Translations under genes and position numbers: made by a program | DNA from: Candidatus Krumholzibacteriia bacterium | GTDB lineage: Bacteria; Krumholzibacteriota; Krumholzibacteriia; Krumholzibacteriales; Krumholzibacteriaceae | Assembly (NCBI GenBank): GCA_028706585.1 | Contig: JAQTVX010000002.1 | Span: forward strand, 1 to 29,427 | Reading direction: 5' to 3' | Length of the DNA: 29,427 nucleotides | Notes under the pieces: generated by a model | Databases searched by the model: none | What the model was told of the DNA's origin: nothing | The model's input: the letters and a program-made list of their open reading frames with translations, nothing else | Shown: positions 6,509-15,307 of the stretch, piece by piece | How positions within the stretch are numbered: the stretch's first letter is position 1 | Layout of the letters: each line of letters starts with the position of its first letter

Positions 6509-8794
6509 TCAAGTGTGGATCTTGGATCTCGCCTCGTGCACGAGCTCGGCGGCCGTCGATGATTCACCGGGATAGGTGGCGTATCCGTCTGCGGCGAAGA
6601 CGGATGCCGGATCATATCCTTTTTCCGCCAGCTTCGCGGCGAGAAAAGCCTTGATTCGGTTCTCCAAGAACCCCATTCGCTGATAGCCCTCCACCGACAG
6701 GATCATGAAGATATCGGGCTCGGTCCACGAGAAGAAATCGGTTTTTCTCACCTGCTTGCGAATGCCCATACTGAGCTCATTCACCAGGCTCAGAGTTTCC
6801 TGATAACGTTTGTTAAACAACGCCCTTAATCCATTGATAGTAAATACGGTAACAACGAAGCCGTGATGATATCTTTCCGCCCTCTCGATTTCTTCGTTTA
6901 TCCTCTCGAGCATAAGCCGCTGGTTGTATTTCAGCAGGTCATCGAAGGTGAAAGATTCGGTCTCGCGCCTTTTCCCCTCCGCTCTGGCGAGCATCGGAGC
7001 TACGAGGTCGTCGACCCGCTCAAGGAGCTCTATCTCGTGCTCGCCAAATATGGATGAATCGAGCGGCGTCGTCGGCACCTTGTCGTATCCAATATACACG
7101 GCACTCACATCATCCGATCTGAATAGTGGATATCCTATTACGGAACGATGGAACGGCGGTTTATCGACCAGGTTCACATCTGACGACAGATAGCTTATAC
7201 ATACGGGCTCCCATTTCGCCCGCACCGTCTCGAGCATTTCGGAGTCGTACTCGAGTCTCTTGCGTCGCTCCATCTCATCCTCCGGGAACTGGTGATAGGC
7301 CGACTCTCTGCGTTCAGGCCCTTCGTAATGAAGGCTACCCATGGAGGCATTGATAAGCGACGAGAGAATTCCGGGCAGTCTCCTGATCTTGGAGGAAAGA
7401 TCCTCCATAGCCATGAAGGTCGGTGCGAGCGAAGAGAGCTCCTCGAAGCTCTCGAGCTTCCTCGACTGCCTCAACTCCCTGATCTGCGCGTAAGTGAAGA
7501 AACCGACTTGAAACCGGAGTGCGTCCTTCAGCCTGAAGAACCTCTGCAAAGCGTTCAAGCTTGAGAATTCGATCGCCAGAACGCCGAGCGGCTCGTTATG
7601 GATAAGCGGCATATAGATCGAGGTGATGGCGCCTTCACCCAGCTTGAGCTCAAGGGTAGTCTCATGTCGCGCCTCGGTCATCAGGATCTCTTCCCCGCCC
7701 ACGTATGCTCGCGCCAGACTTCCCTTGTTACAGTGAATGCGAGGGCTCTGCGAGTCGACCGGCATCTGCTGATCGCTTCCCCCGAGAATCAGCCAATCGC
7801 CCTCGTCCGTTGCCGTATAGACGGTGGCCGTATCCGCCCTGAGCTTCCCTGCGAGGAATCTGCAGAGCATGGTGAACTTCTCATGGAATCCCATCTCGTT
7901 GTGAAAGAGCGTCTCGAGATAATTCCGGATCTGGAACTCGATCTCTCGTATTTCATGCGCATCGATCATGAGGTGCTGGTCGAGTATCGGTGATATCTTG
8001 GACGCCAGAAGAGTGATTGTATCCACGTCGGCATCCTGGAGCTTTTTTTCGTCAAAGCTCGTTGATACGTTGAGTACGCCAAGAAGCTTCGTATCATGAA
8101 CGAGGGCCACGGAGATGGAGCTCTGGATATTCTCTCGCTCGCGGCCTCCACGATAGAGGGGTGTGTCGACTATCTCGGTGATTAGAAGCGGTTTCAGCGT
8201 CTTGGCCACTGTACCGGCTATACCATCTCCGAGCTTCTGCCTCGTGCGTTCGACGATCTCGGCGCTCAGACCGTTTGCATACCCTATGTAGAGCTCCCGG
8301 GTTTCCGCCGAGTAGAGCATTATGGAACCACTGGAGGCACCGACCGCCCGCACCGATATCTCCAGAAGCCACTTGAGGAGCCGCTCCCTGTCCGTTATAT
8401 GGTTCATGTACTGTAATGCTTCATCGAGGTGAGCTGGCCACTGGCGCGAAACCTCCTGCGTCTTGCCGGAGGCTCCCGGAGCGAGATGGCTCACGGCTTC
8501 CGCGGGATTGACTATCCGCTTGCGTTCCCGCTTGAGCAGGTCTATTTCATTCTCGAACAGCTTGCGCTTCTCCGTCACGATAACGTAGTCAGCCTTGAGA
8601 AATGCGCCGAGGAACGAGTCGTCCGAGTACGTGGGAATGCCGACGATCTCGGCTATCTCCAGCGCGACCGAACGTGGATCACGGTCGTAGATCGCGATGA
8701 TTGCGACGCCGGGCGTGCGGTGGAACTCGCTCAGAATATTGAGCTCTTCCTCGCCCCCTCCGAGAATGGCAATCTTTGTCGTTGTTTCGACCAC
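6509..8794 (-). CDS. Multi-GAF signalling protein: Rossmann-like N-terminus, two clear GAF domains (probably a third, degenerate one), degenerate GGDEF-like C-terminus
   Basis: GAF1 carries GSIMLY...LYIGYANGLS...KLGDGIAGTVAKTLKPLLI...SSISVALVHDTKLLGVLNVS. GAF2 carries GSLARAYVGGEEILM...SIYMPLIHNEPLGVLAIE. The C-terminus RINEEIERAERYHHGFVVTVFTINGLRALFNKRY...VRKTDFFSW...GYATYPGESSTAAELVHEA follows the GGDEF-fold pattern. GTG start after ACGGAG. Confidence 0.75.
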   Translation of the reverse strand: MVETTTKIAILGGGEEELNILSEFHRTPGVAIIAIYDRDPRSVALEIAEIVGIPTYSDDSFLGAFLKADYVIVTEKRKLFENEIDLLKRERKRIVNPAEAVSHLAPGASGKTQEVSRQWPAHLDEALQYMNHITDRERLLKWLLEISVRAVGASSGSIMLYSAETRELYIGYANGLSAEIVERTRQKLGDGIAGTVAKTLKPLLITEIVDTPLYRGGRERENIQSSISVALVHDTKLLGVLNVSTSFDEKKLQDADVDTITLLASKISPILDQHLMIDAHEIREIEFQIRNYLETLFHNEMGFHEKFTMLCRFLAGKLRADTATVYTATDEGDWLILGGSDQQMPVDSQSPRIHCNKGSLARAYVGGEEILMTEARHETTLELKLGEGAITSIYMPLIHNEPLGVLAIEFSSLNALQRFFRLKDALRFQVGFFTYAQIRELRQSRKLESFEELSSLAPTFMAMEDLSSKIRRLPGILSSLINASMGSLHYEGPERRESAYHQFPEDEMERRKRLEYDSEMLETVRAKWEPVCISYLSSDVNLVDKPPFHRSVIGYPLFRSDDVSAVYIGYDKVPTTPLDSSIFGEHEIELLERVDDLVAPMLARAEGKRRETESFTFDDLLKYNQRLMLERINEEIERAERYHHGFVVTVFTINGLRALFNKRYQETLSLVNELSMGIRKQVRKTDFFSWTEPDIFMILSVEGYQRMGFLENRIKAFLAAKLAEKGYDPASVFAADGYATYPGESSTAAELVHEARSKIHT

Positions 8795-8875
8795 TTGCTG
8801 CTCCGTTTATGCTCCCGGGTATTGGACTGATCCGGCCATATTTTGAGCATAATTCGCGCCAGAAGGAATGCTTAG

Positions 8876-11452
8876 CTAGTCTTTGGTCATTCTCTTGAGA
8901 TCCGCGAGGAGCTTGAGGGCGTTCAGCGGCGTAATGCTATCTATATCAATAGAATGCAAACGGTCGCGCAGTGCGTCGGGAGGTTCGAAAAGGGATACCT
9001 GTGCAGCCGGGGGCCCTTGCGGAAGGCTGCCGCCTGCCTGTTCCTTTTCCAGCGCTTCCAGAATCTCCTTTGCACGGTGGATAACGGCTTCCGGAAATCC
9101 GGCGAGGCGGGCGACGTGAATCCCGTAGCTCTTATCGCTCGCCCCTTCGCATATCTTATAGAGGAAAATGATCCCCTCTCCCCATTCCCTTACCTCTACG
9201 CGGAGGTTGCGGGCGTTCGGGAAGCGCTCCGTCAGCCGCGTGAGCTCGTGGTAGTGGGTCGCGAACAGGGTTTTCGGGCGGCATCCGCCGCTACCGAGCA
9301 GGAATTCCGAAACGGCCCAGGCCAGGCTCAGCCCGTCTAGCGTGCTCGTTCCCCGCCCGATCTCGTCCAGAATCACGAGGCTCTTGTCGGTGCAGTTATG
9401 GAGTATCTTCGCCGTCTCCGCCATCTCGACGAGGAAGGTGCTCTGGCCCCTCGCCAGATTATCGCTTGAACCCACGCGCGTGAAGATCCGGTCCAGCAGC
9501 CCCACCGAGGCGCGCGCTGCCGGCACGAAGCTGCCGGCATGCGCAAGCAGCGCGATAAGAGCCGCCTGGCGGATGTACGTGGATTTCCCGCCCATGTTCG
9601 GCCCAGTGATGATCATGAAGCTCTTCTCTTTCAACCGCAGATCGATATCGTTGGGTATAAAATTCTTGCCGGAAATGATCTCGACGACCGGGTGGCGTCC
9701 CTCGGTGATGACCAGATCGTCACCCTCATTGATTTCGGGCCTGCAATAGCTCCGTTCCACCGCGACATCGGCGAGGGCGCAAAGAACATCGATCACCGCG
9801 GCCCCCGCCGCGATCATCTGTATCGATTCGCTTTCGCGCGAGACGTCTTCGCATATTTTGTCGAAGATCTCGCGCTCGAGCTCGATCCGTCTCGTATCGG
9901 CGGTAAGGATAGTCTGTTCACGTTCCTTCAGCTCGCGCGTCACGTATCGTTGCGATGAAACGAGGGTCTGCTTCGCCACGTAATCGCCGGGAACCCGCGA
10001 ATCGTTGGCGCGCGAAACCTCGATATAATAGCCGAACACCCTGTTGTATCCGACCTTGAGCGATGGTATCCCCGTCCGCTCGCGCTCCGATTCCTGAAGA
10101 TGCGCGATCCACGTCTTCCCTTCCTCGGATTCCTTTATGAGAAGATCGAGATCGTCGCGATATCCCCTTTGTATGACTCCTCCGTCCCGAAGATGTGGAG
10201 GACATGCGGCATCAATGCCCCTGGAGATGATGTCGAGGGCTCCTGTTTGCGTCGAAAGATCCGCGGCCGCCTCGCGCAATGCGGCCGCGTGGAAGCGCCG
10301 AGCCGCCTCGGCGATCGCCGGGGCTCGCTCGAGCGCATCGGCCAGGGCGAGAAGCTCGCGCGGACCCGCCTTGCGGGCTGCGATTCTCGAAAGCAGCCGC
10401 TCCACGTCGGGAAAACGCCTGAGGGCAGCCCGTATGGCCCTGAGCCCGGTGTGATCAGCCGTCAGCGACGAGATCGCATCCAGGCGTCTACGAATGGCAT
10501 CGATTCGCCGAGATGGATGCATGAGCCATTTCCGGAGCTCCCGTCCCCCGGCCGCGGTCTCGGTTCTGTCCATATGGTGGATCAAGGTCGTATCAGAAGC
10601 GTTTCCACGTTGAGGCTCAAAGACCTCGAGGTTTCTGAGCGTTTCCAGATCGAGAAACAGGCTATCGCCGGAAACGAGGAGCTTGAGCTCCGTGATGTGG
10701 AGGAGCTGATTGTGCCTTAGCTCCTTGACTAAGGCGAGCAGCGCGCCCGCCGCCGCCGCGGCCAGCGGTTTGTCCTCGAGCCCGAAGCAGGCAAGGTTCG
10801 CGACGCCGAAATGAGCCAGCAGCGTATCGCGCGTCGTCCGCTCCTCGAATTGGAACGGCGGACGCGCGTCGATCGTCGCGCCTGAATCGAGATCTGCGAT
10901 CATGCGGAGAAGCGATCCGGATCCATCGGGAATCACCGCTTCACGGATGCGGGCGCCGGCGAGCATCTGCGCGACGACCGGCATGGAGTCCTCTCCCGCG
11001 CTGAACTCGCCCGTTGAGACGTCCAGGATTGCGAAACCGGTCTTTGCATCCCTATCGAGCAAGGATACTATGTAGTTGTTTTCGCGCTCGACGAGAGTGG
11101 CCGGAGCAATGGTCGTTCCCGGGGTCACGACGTCGCTCACGATGCGCTTCACGACGCCGGATGCGCCTGGCACGTCATCCGCTTGATCGCAGATCACGAC
11201 CTTTCGCCCGAGCTGCAGAAGCTTCGCAATATACGCCTCGGCCGCGTGGATGGGCACGCCGGCCAAAGGCACGGGATTGTCTTTATCCTTGTCGCGTGTC
11301 GTCAACGCAATATTGAGGAGTCGGGAGACCTCTCTGGCATCGTCGTAGAATGTTTCGTAGAAATCCCCGACCTGGAAAAAGAGAATCCCGTCGCCGTGCC
11401 GGCTCTTGATCTCCCGGTACTGGTTCATGAGAGGGGTGAGACGAAAGCTCAT
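8876..11452 (-). CDS. mutS: DNA mismatch repair protein MutS (MutS1)
   Basis: LTPLMNQY...GDFYETF (Phe-X-Glu), TGPNMGGKSTYIRQ, STFLVEM, LDEIGRGTS, FATHYHEL, SYGIHVARLAG, and a C-terminal clamp-like motif QVSLF. Confidence 0.97.
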   Translation of the reverse strand: MSFRLTPLMNQYREIKSRHGDGILFFQVGDFYETFYDDAREVSRLLNIALTTRDKDKDNPVPLAGVPIHAAEAYIAKLLQLGRKVVICDQADDVPGASGVVKRIVSDVVTPGTTIAPATLVERENNYIVSLLDRDAKTGFAILDVSTGEFSAGEDSMPVVAQMLAGARIREAVIPDGSGSLLRMIADLDSGATIDARPPFQFEERTTRDTLLAHFGVANLACFGLEDKPLAAAAAGALLALVKELRHNQLLHITELKLLVSGDSLFLDLETLRNLEVFEPQRGNASDTTLIHHMDRTETAAGGRELRKWLMHPSRRIDAIRRRLDAISSLTADHTGLRAIRAALRRFPDVERLLSRIAARKAGPRELLALADALERAPAIAEAARRFHAAALREAAADLSTQTGALDIISRGIDAACPPHLRDGGVIQRGYRDDLDLLIKESEEGKTWIAHLQESERERTGIPSLKVGYNRVFGYYIEVSRANDSRVPGDYVAKQTLVSSQRYVTRELKEREQTILTADTRRIELEREIFDKICEDVSRESESIQMIAAGAAVIDVLCALADVAVERSYCRPEINEGDDLVITEGRHPVVEIISGKNFIPNDIDLRLKEKSFMIITGPNMGGKSTYIRQAALIALLAHAGSFVPAARASVGLLDRIFTRVGSSDNLARGQSTFLVEMAETAKILHNCTDKSLVILDEIGRGTSTLDGLSLAWAVSEFLLGSGGCRPKTLFATHYHELTRLTERFPNARNLRVEVREWGEGIIFLYKICEGASDKSYGIHVARLAGFPEAVIHRAKEILEALEKEQAGGSLPQGPPAAQVSLFEPPDALRDRLHSIDIDSITPLNALKLLADLKRMTKD

Positions 11453-12490
11453 CTATTTCAAGGGGACGACCGTGCCAGCGAGCCCCGTTTTGGATTTGGC
11501 CCTCTCGGCGTCCCGCTCGGCTGATTCCTTCGTTTCGTAGAAGCCAGCGCGAACGCGGTGCCAGACTCGGCCTTCCATCTCTACGCTTTCTATGCGAACG
11601 CCGCGAAGGACGCCCTCCATCTTGGCGGAGACCGCGACAGCATTGCCTCTGGTTTCGAATGATCCGAACTGAATGGTGAATCCTCTGCTCGTTTTGGTCT
11701 CTTTGACCCGTGGTTCCCCCGACTCACCTCCTCCCGGCGTCGTATCATCCTTCGCCTTCGTCTGCGCGAGGAGCTGCATCTTCTCCCTTCCCTTCGCCGC
11801 CTCGAACGATAGAGGGAATTTATCGATGAGAACGCGATATCTTTCGAGTGCCTTTTCCCGGCCGCCGAGCGTTTCGTGGCATTCGCCCAGCTTGAATAAC
11901 GCAATCGGGTTCGGTTGCAATTTGACAATGTCTTCATACTGGGCTATCGCTTCATCGGTCCGCCCGGCCTGCGCGTCGATATCCGCTCGCGCGAGCAAAC
12001 TCCAGATGGTGTATTTCCCTCGCGTTACTCCGGCGAATTCCACCGCGGCGCGTTCATTGTCACCCATCTGTTTGTGACACATGCCCCGGAGGTAGAGCGC
12101 CTCGCCGTCGTCATGATCGCGGCTCTTGGCGCCCTTTGCTTGGAGCAGGGCGAGCGCATTCTCATAATCTCCGGCGGCGTAGCGGATTGAAGCGAGATCG
12201 ATTCGAGCTTTTTGCGCGGCTCTTTCGCTCCCGGACGCAATTACACGAGCGTAGAGAGCTTCGGCCGACGCATAATCAGTTTCTAACCTCGCGAGCATGA
12301 GCACCGCATCATAAAAGGAATCCGCGTCGATCTTCGACGTGTCGGCGGCGAGCTGCTGCCGCGCGCGTTCGTAGTCGCCACGCCTGAACATCTCTTCGGC
12401 GCGCTTCAGAACGCCCGGCGCCGCGCCGGATAGCGTCGTGGTCATGATTATGAGGCACCCGATAGCGATTGCGGAAAAATACCTGTTCAT
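11453..12490 (-). CDS. Exported TPR-repeat protein with a C-terminal SPOR domain
   Basis: Probable start MNRYFSAIAIGCLIIMTTTLSGA at ATG 12490, which looks like a signal peptide. TPR-like helices follow (EALYLRGMCHKQMGD; ALFKLGECHETLG...ALERYRVLIDKFP), then a low-complexity linker and a SPOR pattern FTIQFGSF...NA...WHRVRAGFYETKESA. The stop abuts the mutS ATG. Confidence 0.75.
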   Translation of the reverse strand: MNRYFSAIAIGCLIIMTTTLSGAAPGVLKRAEEMFRRGDYERARQQLAADTSKIDADSFYDAVLMLARLETDYASAEALYARVIASGSERAAQKARIDLASIRYAAGDYENALALLQAKGAKSRDHDDGEALYLRGMCHKQMGDNERAAVEFAGVTRGKYTIWSLLARADIDAQAGRTDEAIAQYEDIVKLQPNPIALFKLGECHETLGGREKALERYRVLIDKFPLSFEAAKGREKMQLLAQTKAKDDTTPGGGESGEPRVKETKTSRGFTIQFGSFETRGNAVAVSAKMEGVLRGVRIESVEMEGRVWHRVRAGFYETKESAERDAERAKSKTGLAGTVVPLK

Positions 12491-12539
12491 ACGTATCGGC
12501 GGGATAATCGTGCTTGATACTGAATACCTTGACTCGCGT

Positions 12540-13856
12540 CTATCGTTCGGCCACCACTTCACCTTCGAACGTGAAGTTGGCCAGTCTGCGCAAAACGACG
12601 AGAACCATGTCCCCTTCCCTCAGATTCTCGCGTGGAACCAGCACGTTCCTGAACTGGGGCGTTCGCCCTTTCAGAAATCGATATTCCCCTTTTTGCGCTG
12701 CACCGTCAAGGAGGATTTCGGCGGTGGCGCCGACCTGAGCACCCAGCATATTGGCACGCTTTTCCATGACGACTGAGTTGAGCGCATGCAGGCGTTCCTT
12801 CTTGGTTTCGGCCGGAACGTCATCGGCAAGCAAGCTCGCGGCCGTTCCGCTCCGCGGCGAGTACTGAAACGTGAACGCCGCGTCGAAACCGGCCTCGCGG
12901 ACCAGGTCGATCGTCTCCCGAAAATCCGCATCGGTCTCCGAGGGAAACCCGACGATGATATCAGTCGTGATCGCGATGTCGGGAACTATCGAGCGCGCCA
13001 TGCGCACCTTTGCTAGATATGTCTCGCGAGAGTAGCCTCGGTTCATTGCCTCGAGAATCCTGTTGCTGCCAGCCTGGACCGGCAGGTGGATGTGGCTGCA
13101 AAAGCGTTTTTCCGCGGCCATCAGCTCAAAAACGTCGGCGCCGACGTCCCGTGGATGGCTTGTGAGGAACCGGAGTCGCCTGATTGGCGTCTCGTCCAGA
13201 ACCTTGCGAGCGAGCTCTCCGAATCCAATGCTGCCGTCGCGAAAGGCAATCACGTTCTGCCCGAGAAGCGTGACCTCACGAGCTCCGCTCTCGGCGAGAC
13301 CGTCTACTTCCTCCATGATCGAGCGAACGCTTCTGCTGCGCACCTTTCCACGCAGGTATGGAACAATGCAGTAGGAACAATAATTCTCGCATCCTCTCGT
13401 GATCGCAACGTATCGCGACACCGGGCCTTCGTGCTTTTCCGGCATCGTTTCGATGACGCTCGAGCCCCCGAGCTCGATGAACACTGAGCGCTCTCCGTTG
13501 TCAACGGCGTTTGAAATCGCCTCGGGAAGCAGGAAGTAGCTATCCGTGCCCGCAACGACTTTCACCGCCGGAACGAGGTCGAAAAGCCGTGCCCCCATGC
13601 GTTGGGCCATGCAACCGCACACGACGATAACCGCCTCGCGATGGCGTGAGAGGTCGAGCAGCCGTCCGATCGCCCTCTGCTCCGCATGTTCACGCACGCT
13701 GCATGTGTTTACAATGATGCAATCCGCTGCGTCCGGCGACCCCACGATCCTATGCCCGCACCCCTCCAGCAGCGCGCCTATTCCATCGGTGTCGTACGCG
13801 TTCATCTGGCATCCGAAGCTCTCGCAATACACAGTCAGCGTTCTCACGATCCGCAT
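12540..13856 (-). CDS. miaB: tRNA-2-methylthio-N6-dimethylallyladenosine synthase MiaB
   Basis: UPF0004 cysteines (GCQMN, NTCSVREHAE, GCMAQR), radical SAM motif CENYCSYC, RLRFLTSHP, HLPVQAGS, TTDIIVGFP, and a C-terminal TRAM-like domain. Confidence 0.9.
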   Translation of the reverse strand: MRIVRTLTVYCESFGCQMNAYDTDGIGALLEGCGHRIVGSPDAADCIIVNTCSVREHAEQRAIGRLLDLSRHREAVIVVCGCMAQRMGARLFDLVPAVKVVAGTDSYFLLPEAISNAVDNGERSVFIELGGSSVIETMPEKHEGPVSRYVAITRGCENYCSYCIVPYLRGKVRSRSVRSIMEEVDGLAESGAREVTLLGQNVIAFRDGSIGFGELARKVLDETPIRRLRFLTSHPRDVGADVFELMAAEKRFCSHIHLPVQAGSNRILEAMNRGYSRETYLAKVRMARSIVPDIAITTDIIVGFPSETDADFRETIDLVREAGFDAAFTFQYSPRSGTAASLLADDVPAETKKERLHALNSVVMEKRANMLGAQVGATAEILLDGAAQKGEYRFLKGRTPQFRNVLVPRENLREGDMVLVVLRRLANFTFEGEVVAER

Positions 13857-15205
13857 GCTCCGGTCTCGCGCGCGCGCGCGGCATCAGGTTCAAGCGCCAT
13901 CCCATATATCTTCCCGTCCTCGAAGCGATCGACACGCACCGGGACGAGGGACCCGGCACGGGCTTGTCCGCGCGGAATCAACACTTCGCAGTAATTACCC
14001 GTGAGGGATCTGACGAGGGATGATGCATGCCTCACCTGTCCTTCGACGAGCGCGAGCTGTTCTGTGCCGAGCTGCGCCTCGAGAAATACCCGGTTTTTAG
14101 CCTCGCCCAGCGCTATCAGACGACTGCTGCGGGTCTTCTTCACCGCGGGGCTCACGCGATCCATCATAGCCGCCGCCGGAGTCTGAGGACGCGGAGAAAA
14201 GCCGAATACATGAAAGTAACTGATCGGCAACTCCTCGAGAAGCGCGAAGGTGTTCTCGAAGCACTCATCGGATTCTCCTGGAAATCCGACGATGATGTCG
14301 GTTCCGATGGCAATGCCTTCTCTCGCGCGGGCTATTCTATCGATCCGGCTCCTGAAATCCGCGGAGCGATAGGGCCGGTTCATGGCGGAGAGAACACGGT
14401 CGTCTCCGCTCTGGAGTGGGATGTGGAAATGAGGCGCAAGACGGTCGGTCTGCGCGGCAATGTCCAGCAGCGAGGCGCTTACCTCGGTCGGTTCGATACT
14501 GCTCAGACGGATCCGAATCTCGTTCGTTCCTTCGATAATCGCCGAAACAAGCGATGCGAGCGTCATAGGAGGATCGAGGTCCTCGCCATAGCGGCCGATG
14601 TGGACGCCAGTGAGAACGATTTCACGATAACCGTTTCCGCCCAATGCCAGCACCTGGGAGAGCACGACGCCGGCCGGCACGCTCCGGCTCCTCCCCCTCG
14701 CGCGCGGAACGATACAGTAGCTGCAGGCGGCGTTGCAGCCTTCCTGCACCTTGACGAACGCACGCGAATGATCGAAGAAGCGCTGTATGCCCTCTTCATC
14801 CGCGGCGTGGATTCCCATGAGCCGTTGTGGATCGATCCGTCCGACGGCACCGTTTGTGGCCGCCACCTCGTCGAGAATCGCCCCTATCGAGCGCTTGGCA
14901 TCGTTGCCGAGAACGAGGTCCGCCTCACCCATCGCCTCGACGCTTTCCGGTTCGGTCTCAGCATAGCAGCCGGTAACGACTATGAATGCATGGGGCGCGG
15001 CCCTTCGAGTCCGCCGCACAACGTTGCGGCAGCGAGCATCGCTCCTGCCGGTCACGGTGCAGGAGTTGATTATGTAAAAGCTTGCCCCTTCATCGAAACG
15101 GCGGCACCGCCAGCTTCTGCGCTGAAGCGCCTCGCGGATGCACTCAGACTCGTACTGGTTGAGTTTGCATCCCAATGTGAGGATTGAGAACGTCTTTTCC
15201 ATCAC
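13844..15205 (-). CDS. mtaB: tRNA t6A37 methylthiotransferase MtaB
   Basis: TLGCKLNQYES, NSCTVT...D..CR, TGCYAE, KVQEGCNAACSYCIVP.ARG.SRS, RIRLSSIEP, HFHIPLQSG and HVFGFSPRPQT. This signature set fits MtaB/YqeV better than MiaB or RimO. Confidence 0.88.
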   Translation of the reverse strand: MMEKTFSILTLGCKLNQYESECIREALQRRSWRCRRFDEGASFYIINSCTVTGRSDARCRNVVRRTRRAAPHAFIVVTGCYAETEPESVEAMGEADLVLGNDAKRSIGAILDEVAATNGAVGRIDPQRLMGIHAADEEGIQRFFDHSRAFVKVQEGCNAACSYCIVPRARGRSRSVPAGVVLSQVLALGGNGYREIVLTGVHIGRYGEDLDPPMTLASLVSAIIEGTNEIRIRLSSIEPTEVSASLLDIAAQTDRLAPHFHIPLQSGDDRVLSAMNRPYRSADFRSRIDRIARAREGIAIGTDIIVGFPGESDECFENTFALLEELPISYFHVFGFSPRPQTPAAAMMDRVSPAVKKTRSSRLIALGEAKNRVFLEAQLGTEQLALVEGQVRHASSLVRSLTGNYCEVLIPRGQARAGSLVPVRVDRFEDGKIYGMALEPDAARARETGACGS

Positions 15206-15250
15206 TTCGTAAAGCGCCAGAGGCGCCCTCGAATCTCCCGCCTGAAACGC

Positions 15251-15276
15251 CGAGAGGGTGGACCTCCACCCCCTCG
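15251..15276 (-). terminator. Hairpin after rpsA (terminator-like or processing stem)
   Basis: Minus strand CGAGGGGGTGG-AGGT-CCACCCTCTCG followed by GCGTTTC. The stem is strong but the U-tract is weak. A second small stem, GGGCGCC-TCT-GGCGCTT, lies at about 15212-15228. Confidence 0.55.
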
Positions 15277-15307
15277 CGATCGGATGTTTTTCGTTTCCAG
15301 AAGCAGC

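Noticed and set aside
14027-15187. 386-aa plus-strand ORF, and similar ORFs at 15284-16171, 18349-19353 and 19879-20703
   Set aside because: Each lies fully antisense to a well-supported gene (mtaB, rpsA, cmk-plsC, hisC) and shows no family signature.
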